A stretch of 32,000 bases of DNA from Acaryochloris marina S15. Lineage in GTDB: Bacteria; Cyanobacteriota; Cyanobacteriia; Thermosynechococcales; Thermosynechococcaceae. A program made the position numbers and the translations under genes. The stretch is taken from the NCBI RefSeq assembly GCF_018336915.1, contig NZ_CP064923.1, positions 4,410,001 to 4,442,000 on the forward strand. Reading direction: 5' to 3'. Below the pieces are notes generated by a model. That model was not told where the DNA came from. It saw nothing but the letters and a program-made list of their open reading frames with translations, and searched no databases. Of this stretch, positions 8,736-17,529 are shown piece after piece. How positions within the stretch are numbered: position 1 is the stretch's first letter; every line of letters begins with the position of its first letter.

Positions 8736-9752
8736 GTGATTAAATCTGCCCCTTGGACTCCACTACATGCACACCTACACCACATCCTGAAAGAGCGACA
8801 ACTCTTGCCAGTGCAACAGCGGATCTTAATCGCACTTTCGGGTGGACAAGACTCATTTTGCCTCTTACAACTCTTAGTCGATCTACAGCCCAAATGGGGT
8901 TGGGAACTAGCGATTGCCCATGGCGACCATTGCTGGCCTCTAGATTCTGATGCCAATGCCCGCCATGTCACCCAAATTGCCCACCAATATCAGTTACCCT
9001 ACTTTTTACACCGAGCCACCACGGAACTCAAAAGCGAAGCTGCCGGACGCCAATGGCGTTATCAGATGCTGACAGAGATTGCCCAGCAGGAAGGGCATCC
9101 CCTTGTAGTGACTGCCCATACCGCCAGCGATCGCGCCGAGACCTTGCTGTATAACTTAATGCGAGGCAGCGGCACGGATGGATTACAAGCCTTAAGTTGG
9201 CAGCGTCCCCTCTCAGATCGGGTGCAGCTCGTGCGGCCTTTGCTAGACGTAACCCGAGGCCAGACCGGAGAATTTTGCCAACAGAGAAACTTGCCTATCT
9301 GGCAGGATGCCATGAATCAGGAACTGGCCTATCGCCGAAATCGCATTCGGTTAGAAGTCCTGCCTCATCTCAAGACCCATTTCAATCCACAAGTTGAAAC
9401 AACCCTTGCTCATACTGCAGAGATCTTGCAAGCTGATGTTGATTTTCTGGAAGCAGAAACCCAGAAACTATTGACGATTGCCCTGCCCAGTCCTCCCCCA
9501 GTCTTATCTGAAACAGAACAATATTGGGGATATATTAATCGGGACTTACTCCAATCTGCTCCCGTCGCATTACAGCGTCGAGCACTGCGCCATTTTTTAC
9601 GGCAGGCTATCAATATATCTGCCAATTTTCAACAAATCGAAAAAGTGATGGCTTTAGTGAAAGCGCCTAATCATTCCCAAACCGATCCTTTGAAGAAACA
9701 ATGGGTGGCAGAAGTCATTAAACCCTGGATAGTGATTCGGTCTCTTTCATAA
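8736..9752 (+). CDS. tilS: tRNA(Ile)-lysidine synthase
   Basis: 338 aa with an apparent GTG start at 8736 and no upstream ATG in frame. PP-loop motif ILIALSGGQDSFCLL, then AHGDH...VTAHTASDRAETLLYNLMRGSG, typical of TilS. Confidence 0.9.
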   Translation: MIKSAPWTPLHAHLHHILKERQLLPVQQRILIALSGGQDSFCLLQLLVDLQPKWGWELAIAHGDHCWPLDSDANARHVTQIAHQYQLPYFLHRATTELKSEAAGRQWRYQMLTEIAQQEGHPLVVTAHTASDRAETLLYNLMRGSGTDGLQALSWQRPLSDRVQLVRPLLDVTRGQTGEFCQQRNLPIWQDAMNQELAYRRNRIRLEVLPHLKTHFNPQVETTLAHTAEILQADVDFLEAETQKLLTIALPSPPPVLSETEQYWGYINRDLLQSAPVALQRRALRHFLRQAINISANFQQIEKVMALVKAPNHSQTDPLKKQWVAEVIKPWIVIRSLS

Positions 9753-10121
9753 AGTCAGTTTCCTCAAGAAATTGTGTCAAAGCTGCTCTTACAAACAGTT
9801 CAGATGGCAAGACTATGTAATGGGCTAGACTGCTTACTGCCTAAAATACGAGGGAATCAAACTGGGACTAATTCAACTAGAAATCGTCAGGGAACCCCAG
9901 CAGAAAAATAGCAAGAGAATGGCAGCTGTTAACATCCCATGACTTCCGTCTACTGCGAGAATCTAACCCTTATAATTCATGATTTAGGGCATCTCAATTT
10001 AAATCGATGGCAATAGTCAAAGCCTTAATAACCCAGGCATACAACTAAGCTGAATCTCCATCCTTTTCTATGAGTAAATCGGACCAGATTAGCGCGATCT
10101 GCTATAGGTTAGAAAAGTGAG

Positions 10122-10147
10122 GTGACACTCCAAAAAGTGTCACTTTT
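10122..10147 (+). terminator. Hairpin plus short T-run (candidate intrinsic terminator)
   Basis: GTGACACT (10122-10129), loop ccaaaa, AGTGTCAC (10136-10143), followed by TTTT. An A-run precedes the hairpin, so weak activity on the opposite strand is possible. Confidence 0.4.
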
Positions 10148-10209
10148 ATGTCATTAAGAGACGTTCTTCAAGATATTCTTAAGCCAGTGAGGAGTGATTC
10201 AGATGAAAA

Positions 10210-10258
10210 GCTCTTGAGGTCGAAACACGGCAAGACTCTCAAGAGCTTTTTTATTTTT
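10210..10258. terminator. Strong hairpin with flanking T/A runs; probably a bidirectional intrinsic terminator
   Basis: GCTCTTGAG (10210-10218) pairs with CTCAAGAGC (10238-10246). It is followed by TTTTTTATTTTT on the plus strand and preceded by GAAAA (TTTTC on the minus strand). It lies ~40 nt downstream of the minus-strand response-regulator stop at 10288. Confidence 0.6.
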
Positions 10259-10287
10259 AAATGTCTGTTATTCCATCACCACAAATA

Positions 10288-11013
10288 TTACGGTTCAGTC
10301 TCTACCTTGGACCCAAACCAATATCCTTTGCCATATATCGTATGAATAAGCGGTGGAGAGTTCTTGGCGGCAATCTTTCGGCGCAGAAGCCGAATTTGGG
10401 CTGCTAAGACGTTGCTACTGGGTTGATCTCCACTGGGCCATAGGTGCTGGTAAATCTGGTCATGGGTGAGCAATTGGTGGGGGTGCTGCATTAGATAGGT
10501 GAGCAGCTGGCTTTCTTTTTCGGACAGGGTAATGGCCTGCCCCTGACAATAGGCAATTTGGCTTTCCAAATCCAGCTCTAGTCCTTCCATTTGGAGGCGC
10601 TGGGATAGAGATTCAGATGACGTTTGAGGGAACTGCTCACTTCGACGCAGGAGGGCCCGCACGCGCGCTAGTAGTTCTCTCAATTCAAAGGGCTTGACTA
10701 AGTAGTCATCCGCGCCAGCATCCAACCCTTGGACCCGATCATCTAGGGTATCCTTGGCCGTCAGGAATAAAACGGGGGTGAGTTGGGATTGCGATCGCAA
10801 CTCCTGACACACTTCAATCCCCGACAATTTGGGTAGCATCCAATCGAGGATCAGTAAATCATACAGCTGCCCTTGTCCGATCTGATGCTGCACGGCGAGT
10901 AAGGCGGCTTCACCATCATTGGCGACATCTACGCTATACCCCTCCCGCTTGAGCAAACGGCTCAGGGCATCAGTTAGTTCAACCTCATCATCAACTAGCA
11001 AGATTTGACTCAT
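10288..11013 (-). CDS. OmpR-family two-component response regulator (REC + winged-helix DNA-binding domain)
   Basis: 241 aa, ATG start. REC: MSQILLVDDEVELTD...LLILDWMLPKLSGIEVC...DDYLVKPFELRELLARVRALLRR. C-terminal wHTH: LTHDQIYQHLW...NVLAAQIRLLRRKI...IHTIYGKGYWF. Confidence 0.92.
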   Translation of the reverse strand: MSQILLVDDEVELTDALSRLLKREGYSVDVANDGEAALLAVQHQIGQGQLYDLLILDWMLPKLSGIEVCQELRSQSQLTPVLFLTAKDTLDDRVQGLDAGADDYLVKPFELRELLARVRALLRRSEQFPQTSSESLSQRLQMEGLELDLESQIAYCQGQAITLSEKESQLLTYLMQHPHQLLTHDQIYQHLWPSGDQPSSNVLAAQIRLLRRKIAAKNSPPLIHTIYGKGYWFGSKVETEP

Positions 11014-11101
11014 CGGTCACCAAAGCAGATATCTAGACAGGGCTTACGGTACTGTTAAGGGGATATTCCCAGCATTGCACCAGGCAGGATTACACAGGAT
11101 T

Positions 11102-11323
11102 ATGCCACAACCCGAAAACGCCCCTCCTCAAAGTGGTAAAAGCAGTCTCGGCTTTGTACTGAAGGTATTGGGCCTTTCCACTATCCTATCGGTCGCTATC
11201 AAAGATCTAGGTCCTCTCCTACCCATTTCCAGCTCCAATCCGTTGGCCTTAGGGGTAGTTCTGACGCCTTCCCTTGTACTTGGGGTGCTGTTACTGCTCC
11301 GAGGTCAACGCCAATCGGGATAG
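11102..11323 (+). CDS. Hypothetical small membrane protein (two predicted hydrophobic helices)
   Basis: The track ORF 11075..11323 starts at TTG; an in-frame ATG at 11102 gives 73 aa: MPQPENAPPQSGKSSLGFVLKVLGLSTILSVAIKDLG...LALGVVLTPSLVLGVLLLLRGQRQSG. It is divergent from the response regulator, and its 3' end overlaps the convergent HAD gene by 33 nt. No recognisable family. Confidence 0.35.
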   Translation: MPQPENAPPQSGKSSLGFVLKVLGLSTILSVAIKDLGPLLPISSSNPLALGVVLTPSLVLGVLLLLRGQRQSG

Positions 11324-12004
11324 ATCTGCAATTTCTGTGTGGGTCGGTCCGGGGGGGGATTTTCCTGCTCGATTCAACCATACCCCTCGGAGTCCTGCCT
11401 GTTCAGCGCCCTGATAATCATCCTGCCAGCTATCGCCAATATGCCAAACGCCGTTAGCAGTCACTGGATGTTTAGCTAATGCGGCTGCGAATACCTGAGC
11501 GTCTGGCTTTGCTGAGCCAACTGCGGTAGAACTAGTAACGGTTTCAAAATAGTCACTCAACTCTAGAGCGGTTAAAACAGGATGTAAGCGGCTGTCAAAG
11601 TTAGAAATCACCCCTAATTGAATACCCTGCAGTTGCCATTTTTGGAGGACCTGCGGCACTTCAGGATAGACAAACCAAGGCTCTGGGGTCGCGAAGTGAT
11701 CAAACAAAATCTGAAAGAAAGCATCAAAATCCGTAAAGTCTGAGAAGGCACCCACTTGTTGAAAGGCACGGGCAGCCACCGCCTTCCACCAAAGTAATTC
11801 CTGTGCAGGTAAGTCGGGGGGCGCAACGCCCGGAAAGGCGAATTTAGGGGCGGCAAAAAAGCTCTCCACAAAGGCTTGATTTAACAATTTAGGATCCACT
11901 TGGACCCCTGATTGGGCCGCAAAGTGGCTATAAATTTCCCCAACCGTCCCTCGCACCCCAAACAAGGTGCCAACAGCATCGAGAAAAATAACAGAGGGCT
12001 TCAT
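11291..12004 (-). CDS. HAD-superfamily hydrolase (subfamily IA-like)
   Basis: 237 aa, ATG start. HAD motif I VIFLDAVGTLF, motif II VISNFD, C-terminal motif HIGDSWQDDYQGA. Confidence 0.85.
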   Translation of the reverse strand: MKPSVIFLDAVGTLFGVRGTVGEIYSHFAAQSGVQVDPKLLNQAFVESFFAAPKFAFPGVAPPDLPAQELLWWKAVAARAFQQVGAFSDFTDFDAFFQILFDHFATPEPWFVYPEVPQVLQKWQLQGIQLGVISNFDSRLHPVLTALELSDYFETVTSSTAVGSAKPDAQVFAAALAKHPVTANGVWHIGDSWQDDYQGAEQAGLRGVWLNRAGKSPPGPTHTEIADLSRLALTSEQ

Positions 12005-12026
12005 AGGTTAGCTTGGGGGTGACAAT

Positions 12027-13226
12027 ATGGGCCGCAGGCAAGGGATAGGCCATCGATCATGGTACCAATGCACAACTCCCATGACTAATCCGTATCACGC
12101 TCTGATCAAAGCTGGGCAGGTCATGGTGGGACTACTGATCAGCCTTGGACTGCTGGTTATAGTCTTACATGGATTACAGATCATTAATGCTTGGCAGCTG
12201 CCCCTAAAACCTGTCCTGGCCTTTCTAGGCGGTGGGAGTATGGCCTGCTTCTTAGCAGCAGGGGTCATGAAGCAGCAGCTGAGGCGCCCATCTTCAGAAT
12301 CTCGAAAATACCCTTGGCGTCAGCGATTGCTTTGGGTCAGTCTTTTTCTAGTGATGAGCATCAATGTCAGCACTTACCTGGCAGCCTATGCCCTCACCCA
12401 TGTTCGAGCCCCAGGACAAGGGGGGCTTGGTTTTCCTAAACCCGTCAATACTCGTACTCCCCAGGAAAGGGGCTTAACTTACTCTACCCATCGATTGCCC
12501 GTCAATGCATCCAACTGGTTAGAAGCCTGGTTGATTCCAGCTACAGGGACCTCTCAAGGAACGGTGGTACTGTTCCCAGGCAATCGCAGTACAAAGGACA
12601 AGCAGCTCATCGGTCCCGCTCAATCTTTTTCTCAATTGGGCTATGACTCGCTCTTGGTCGATTATCAAGGGGTGGGAGGATCGAGTGGGTATAGCACTAC
12701 CGTGGGGATGCGGGAAGCGGAGGATGTTGTCGTTGCGTTTGAAGCATTGCCCTCACTGAATCTACAGCCACCGGTTATTACCTATGGCGTGTCTATGGGG
12801 AGTGCGGCGATACTGAATGCGATCGCAACCCAAAACCTCCAGCCCGATGCCATCATTATTGAACTCCCCTTTGCCCGGTTTATGGATGCCGTCCGCAGCC
12901 GCCTGCGGCATCACCAAATCCCCCCATTCCCCCTAGCAGAATTACTCGTCTTTTGGGGAGGCATACAGCATGGTGTCAATGGATTTAGCCACAATCCTAT
13001 TGAATTTGCCCAAGCAGTGCAATGCCCCACCTTAGTCATGCAGGGCCAGCAAGATCCGTGGACATCGGTGCAGGAGGTCAAAGCTCTCTTTCAGCAAATA
13101 ACTGCCCCCAAACAATTGGTAATTGCACCCGATGGAGGGCATCACCAACTGATTGGGATTGATCGATCGTTATGGGAAACCAGCCTGAGTAACTTCTTAC
13201 AGTTTGTAGATGCTGATAGGGAGTGA
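12027..13226 (+). CDS. Membrane-anchored alpha/beta-fold hydrolase
   Basis: 399 aa. N-terminal TM helices (VMVGLLISLGLLVIVLHGL; VLAFLGGGSMACFLAAGV; LLWVSLFLVMSINV). Nucleophile elbow GVSMGSAA (G-x-S-x-G) and a late His (PDGGHHQL). An alternative start at 12078 (MTNPYH) is possible. Confidence 0.85.
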   Translation: MGRRQGIGHRSWYQCTTPMTNPYHALIKAGQVMVGLLISLGLLVIVLHGLQIINAWQLPLKPVLAFLGGGSMACFLAAGVMKQQLRRPSSESRKYPWRQRLLWVSLFLVMSINVSTYLAAYALTHVRAPGQGGLGFPKPVNTRTPQERGLTYSTHRLPVNASNWLEAWLIPATGTSQGTVVLFPGNRSTKDKQLIGPAQSFSQLGYDSLLVDYQGVGGSSGYSTTVGMREAEDVVVAFEALPSLNLQPPVITYGVSMGSAAILNAIATQNLQPDAIIIELPFARFMDAVRSRLRHHQIPPFPLAELLVFWGGIQHGVNGFSHNPIEFAQAVQCPTLVMQGQQDPWTSVQEVKALFQQITAPKQLVIAPDGGHHQLIGIDRSLWETSLSNFLQFVDADRE

Positions 13227-13308
13227 TGAAATTCACCATCAAGCCTCCCAGGCAAAGTGATACCCATGGCAGGGGAATATCTCTGTCACTGCTGTCAGGT
13301 GCTAGTGA

Positions 13309-15459
13309 TTAGGCAGATACCACCACAGCACTCGTCTCCAGCGATTGCACAAACACCTTGCCAGACTGCGTCAACGCCCTTTGCATTTGATCCGCTGATA
13401 GGGGCTTAGACAGTAAGTAGCCTTGCACACAATCACAATGATGCTGCTGGAGCCATTGAAGCTGTGACTGGGTTTCAACCCCCTCGGCAATGGCAGTCAT
13501 GCCTAAGTTATGGGCCAAGGTAATCATAGTTCGCACAATTTCTGACTTTTCTGTATCCGTCACCAAGCCTTCGATAAAGGAACGATCGATTTTCAGGGTG
13601 TCTAAGGGAAAATTATGTAAAAAACTAAGGGAGGAATACCCCGTGCCAAAGTCGTCGATCTGGAGTTGAAGACCTAAAGCACGCAGTTGACTGATCAGTT
13701 CAGCAACCATCACCTCATTTTCCATGATCATGGTTTCGGTAATTTCGAGTTTGAGGTGGCGGGCACTTACTCCCGTCTCCGATAGAATCGATTGGATTTG
13801 TTGGCCTAAACTCGCCTGAGAAAACTGCTTACGGGAAAGATTAACACTAATACTCAAGGGCGGAATCTCGGTCAGGGTCTGATGCCATTGCCATAACTGT
13901 TGACAGGCTTCTTCCAGCACCCACTGACCAATGGCTAAGATCAATCCCGTTTCCTCCGCCACAGGAATAAATTCCAGGGGCGAGACTAGACCTCGCTCAG
14001 GATGCTGCCAACGGATCAACGCTTCTAAGCTGACAATCTCATGGGTGGCTAAGGAAACAATCGGTTGATAGTACAGCTGAAACTCCTGGTTGGCAATCGC
14101 TGCTCTTAGATCCGTTTCTACTCTCAGCAATGCCTGGACGCGATCGTGCATTGAGGATTCAAACACAACATATCTGGACTTGCCTAGCGCCTTCGCTCGA
14201 TACATAGCATTATCTGCATCTCGCAATAAATTTTCAGCCTGGAGCGAATGTTCTGAATTGAGGGCAATGCCAATACTGGCGGAGATGTAGACCGTATGTC
14301 CCTGGAGTTCAAAGGCTTTTTCTAGTTCTCGGTTCAGACGACTAGCAACATGCTCAGCCTGATCGGGCCCGGCAATATTCTCAAGGAGAATGGCAAATTC
14401 ATCTCCTCCCAAGCGAGCAATCACATCACCGGGTCGCAACGCAGCCGTCAGCCGCTGGGCCACGCCAATCAAAAGCTGATCGCCAATCCCATGGCCCAAA
14501 CTATCGTTGATCACCTTAAAGCGATCGCAATCTAAAAACAGGACGGCAAACAGATAATTAGTTTGGCGATTGACCCGCGTGAGGGTACGACGGAGTTGAT
14601 CCAAAAATAAAGCCCGACTCGGCAAGCCCGTTAGATGGTCATAGAGGGCAATATGGTGGGTGAGATCGGTCTGGGACCCTGCCATGCGTAAAACAGAACG
14701 TTGATCAGGTCCAAAAACAGCCATGCCTCGACTACTGACCCAACGATAGGTCTGATCTTGGTGCAAAATTCGATATTGGCATTCAAAGGCCGATGTTTCA
14801 CGTCGTAAGTGACGTCGCAAGTCGGTTTTAAACCGGTCCTTATCTTCGGGATGAATGCGCTCAAACCATTCTTGAATTTCTGGCTGTAATGCTTGTCCAC
14901 CCTGGCCAATAATCGCCGCCCAACGAGGCGAATAATAGACTTGGTGGGTTTGTAAGTTCCAATCCCAGAGACCATCATTAGACGCCTGGGCGACCAAATC
15001 ATACTGTGATTCCCGCTCCTGTAAAGCGACCAATGCCCGGGTATGGTTGATCGCATACCGAATGGAGCGTTCCAGCAAGGCAGACGTGATCATGCCTTTG
15101 ACCAAATAGTCCGTCGCTCCCGCATCCATAGCGGCCAAGTCAGTTTCGCGATCTTCCTGGCCCGTCAACAAAATAATCGGAATTCGATAGCCGAGGGACA
15201 CCACTTCTTCTAGTAGGTCCAAGCCCGTCCGACTGCCTAAGCGAAAATCAAATACATAGACATCATGTTGCCGCTTTTGAACCGCATCTAACCCTTTGTC
15301 GTAGGTATCCACCCAGTCCAGGCCAAATTGGATGCTTTGAAAATCATCTAGCAGATCTTCAAACAAGAAAAAATCATCTTCATCATCTTCAACCAGCAAT
15401 ATTTTGATCTGCAATTGATCAAGATGCCTCACAACATTGCTCCGGGGGTAATGCCACAA
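13309..15459 (-). CDS. Response-regulator receiver - PAS - GGDEF - EAL protein (c-di-GMP synthase/phosphodiesterase)
   Basis: 716 aa. REC: KILLVEDDEDD...VYVFDFRLG...DYLVKG. PAS-like: NDGLWDWNLQT...YRWV. GGDEF domain with intact RLGGDEFAILL. EAL domain with EALIRW, QIDDFGTGYSSL and AEGVET. The start is uncertain: TTG 15459 overlaps the upstream gene by 41 nt. In-frame GTG 15432 or TTG 15414 (giving MQIKILLVEDD) are alternatives. Confidence 0.92.
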   Translation of the reverse strand: MWHYPRSNVVRHLDQLQIKILLVEDDEDDFFLFEDLLDDFQSIQFGLDWVDTYDKGLDAVQKRQHDVYVFDFRLGSRTGLDLLEEVVSLGYRIPIILLTGQEDRETDLAAMDAGATDYLVKGMITSALLERSIRYAINHTRALVALQERESQYDLVAQASNDGLWDWNLQTHQVYYSPRWAAIIGQGGQALQPEIQEWFERIHPEDKDRFKTDLRRHLRRETSAFECQYRILHQDQTYRWVSSRGMAVFGPDQRSVLRMAGSQTDLTHHIALYDHLTGLPSRALFLDQLRRTLTRVNRQTNYLFAVLFLDCDRFKVINDSLGHGIGDQLLIGVAQRLTAALRPGDVIARLGGDEFAILLENIAGPDQAEHVASRLNRELEKAFELQGHTVYISASIGIALNSEHSLQAENLLRDADNAMYRAKALGKSRYVVFESSMHDRVQALLRVETDLRAAIANQEFQLYYQPIVSLATHEIVSLEALIRWQHPERGLVSPLEFIPVAEETGLILAIGQWVLEEACQQLWQWHQTLTEIPPLSISVNLSRKQFSQASLGQQIQSILSETGVSARHLKLEITETMIMENEVMVAELISQLRALGLQLQIDDFGTGYSSLSFLHNFPLDTLKIDRSFIEGLVTDTEKSEIVRTMITLAHNLGMTAIAEGVETQSQLQWLQQHHCDCVQGYLLSKPLSADQMQRALTQSGKVFVQSLETSAVVVSA

Positions 15460-15889
15460 CGGTAAACCAGTACTGACCTAGGGTCTGCATCACCTCTACC
15501 AATGCATCAAAGGTGACTGGCTTGGTAATGTATGTATTCGCTCCTAGGTCATAACTGCGGTAAATATCGATATCAGTATTAGAGGTTGTTAAGACAACAA
15601 TCGGAATTCGGCGCAGTTCAGGATTTGCTTTAATTTCTTGTAAGGCTTCGCGACCATCTTTTTTCGGCATATTGAGGTCGAGCAAGATCAAGCCAGGCCG
15701 GGGGGATGTTTTGGGATCAGTATATTGCCCACGACGAAACAAATAGTTCATCAACTCTTCGCCATTTTCAACAAAGCGAATTTCATTACTCAGACGGCTT
15801 TCTTCTAGAGCTTCAGCCGTTAGCATCCGATCATCTTCATCATCATCAGCCATCAAAATGGTGATTGGGGCAGTTTTGACGGTGGTCAT
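15419..15889 (-). CDS. Single-domain CheY/Rcp1-like response regulator
   Basis: 156 aa, ATG start. ILMADDDEDDRML...ILLDLNMPKKDGREALQEIK...PIVVLTTSN...GANTYITKP. The start overlaps the kinase stop as ATGA (15886-15889). Confidence 0.92.
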   Translation of the reverse strand: MTTVKTAPITILMADDDEDDRMLTAEALEESRLSNEIRFVENGEELMNYLFRRGQYTDPKTSPRPGLILLDLNMPKKDGREALQEIKANPELRRIPIVVLTTSNTDIDIYRSYDLGANTYITKPVTFDALVEVMQTLGQYWFTVVALPPEQCCEAS

Positions 15890-17373
15890 GATGCACTCTC
15901 CATGGGAAGTTGGGTAAACGGTAGGGTAATGATAAAAGTTGCGCCCTGGCCAGGGGTACTATCTGCGGTAATCGTGCCACCATGATGCTCAGCAATTTTG
16001 GCGCAGACCGCTAAACCAATGCCCGTGCCGTCATATTCATTGCGGCTATGCAAACGCTGAAACACTCTAAAGATACGATCTGTATATTTTTGCTCAAAGC
16101 CAATACCGTTATCAGCTACACGGATCTGATACATGTTTCCAGACTGCTGCAAGGAGTCATCCCCGCCATCGGCCATAGGCTGCCCACCCACGGTGATGCA
16201 TAAAGGCTGATCGGGCTGTCGGAATTTAAGGGCATTGCTAAGCAGGTTTTGAAACAGCTGCCGAATTTGCATGGGTTCGGCATCAATGACAGACAGTGAA
16301 GCGACATTGACTTGGGCTTCTGTTTCTCGAATCCGAATTTCAAGATCATCTAACACGCTATCGACCACCTCATTCAAATTGACCGAGGTAAAAGGTTTCG
16401 ACTTGCTCGTCACTCGCGAAAAGGCTAAGAGATTTTGGACGAGCTGCCGCATCCGCCCGGCTGCTTTTTGCATCCGGTCTACATAATCTTGTCCTCTTTC
16501 ACTCAGATCATCACTGCACTTGCTTTTAAGTCGATCGCCAAAGGCCTCAATTTTCCGTAAAGGCTCCTGCAAGTCATGGGATGCCACATAGGCAAACTGC
16601 TCTAATTCTTTATTGGAACGGATCAGGGCTTCATTGGAACGGGCCAGGGCTTCAGATTCTTCAGCCAGCTTAGCTTCAGCGGCTTGTTTCGCCTTCTCTT
16701 GGCGAATCAGAATGGCTTGGGCATAGCCCACGATGATCACCAACACGCCATACAGGCCCAAAAAGGTAACCACGACGGCGATAAGCCCTTCTTGCTGAGC
16801 TTCTTCAATTTGATTTACCAGGGGTGTGACATTGCTATAGACTTCGATGACGCCTTCAATATCTGAAGTAGAGGCTTGAGGCTGTAGCGGTAAATAGCTG
16901 GAAATAAACTTCTTTTCTGTCAGGAGCCCCTGGACTCCCCGAAATTTACTTTTATGGGACAGTTTCGTGATGGTTTCACCGGAACGAGCGGTCAGAAAAC
17001 CACCATATTTAGATTTATCCTGACCAATTTGTTTCGTATCCGTCGAGAAAACCACTCGACCCTTCAGATCAAAGATTTTAAGTTTGGCAATGGAGGTACC
17101 TTTAATCAACCGACGGACCGTCTGATTAATCTCAGCCGTCTGAGGATGGTCTTGTAGTTCCTCTTGAGATAATGCCTCTGTGGAACTTAGAAAAGACTGA
17201 TGCTGGGGCCACACCACATTGGCAACGATTTGGGTGACTTCAACATTCTTTTGCTCACTTGCGCTGATGAGTTGAGCCGTTGTTGTTTGTTGATCCTGAT
17301 GCCACAAGAAGAGAGTGGCACCGCTACAGGCAACTAAACTCGCAATCGAAAAGTATCGTAGTAACTTAAACAA
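15886..17373 (-). CDS. Sensor histidine kinase with a ~170-aa extracytoplasmic sensor domain between two TM helices
   Basis: 495 aa with an apparent TTG start. TM1 YFSIASLVACSGATLFLW, TM2 LIAVVVTFLGLYGVLVIIVGYA. Coiled-coil linker, H-box FAYVASHDLQEPLRKI, N-box LLSNALKF, and G-boxes DNGIGF / GTGIGLAVC. Confidence 0.92.
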   Translation of the reverse strand: MFKLLRYFSIASLVACSGATLFLWHQDQQTTTAQLISASEQKNVEVTQIVANVVWPQHQSFLSSTEALSQEELQDHPQTAEINQTVRRLIKGTSIAKLKIFDLKGRVVFSTDTKQIGQDKSKYGGFLTARSGETITKLSHKSKFRGVQGLLTEKKFISSYLPLQPQASTSDIEGVIEVYSNVTPLVNQIEEAQQEGLIAVVVTFLGLYGVLVIIVGYAQAILIRQEKAKQAAEAKLAEESEALARSNEALIRSNKELEQFAYVASHDLQEPLRKIEAFGDRLKSKCSDDLSERGQDYVDRMQKAAGRMRQLVQNLLAFSRVTSKSKPFTSVNLNEVVDSVLDDLEIRIRETEAQVNVASLSVIDAEPMQIRQLFQNLLSNALKFRQPDQPLCITVGGQPMADGGDDSLQQSGNMYQIRVADNGIGFEQKYTDRIFRVFQRLHSRNEYDGTGIGLAVCAKIAEHHGGTITADSTPGQGATFIITLPFTQLPMESAS

Positions 17374-17469
17374 ATGTTTGATTCCAAAGGCAGGTCAATC
17401 CGACGTCCTGAATATTTGGGCCGGTTACTATACCTAGAATTCCCAGTATTTCCTGCCGTTGGAACAAAT

Positions 17470-17522
17470 AAACAAATAAAAATACTCTTAAGCCCCATAT
17501 AGCAGTGATCTAAGGGGCTTAA
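17470..17522 (-). terminator. Candidate intrinsic terminator of mnmE
   Basis: On the minus strand, directly after the mnmE stop: TTAAGCCCC, a 17-nt loop, GGGGCTTAA (plus coordinates 17488-17496 and 17514-17522), then GAGTATTTTTATTTGTTTATTTG. The loop is rather large, so confidence is moderate. Confidence 0.5.
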
Positions 17523-17529
17523 CAAGCCA

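Noticed and set aside
9873-9935. 19-codon hydrophobic minus-strand ORF (MLTAAILLLFFCWGSLTISS), considered as a type I toxin-like peptide
   Set aside because: It is too short and has no visible ribosome-binding site, promoter or antisense partner that I can support. It is mentioned under the 9753-10287 finding only as something to look at in ribosome-profiling data.
10148-10345. 65-aa plus-strand ORF (MSLRDVLQDILKPV...)
   Set aside because: It reads straight through the strong terminator hairpin at 10210-10258 and into the 3' end of the convergent response-regulator gene. It has no motifs.
14631-15056. 141-aa ORF in another frame inside the REC-PAS-GGDEF-EAL gene; similar nested ORFs occur inside other long genes (e.g. 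3296-3583, 19648-19968, 29674-30024)
   Set aside because: These are nested in, or antisense to, ORFs with clear domain signatures, and have no motifs of their own.
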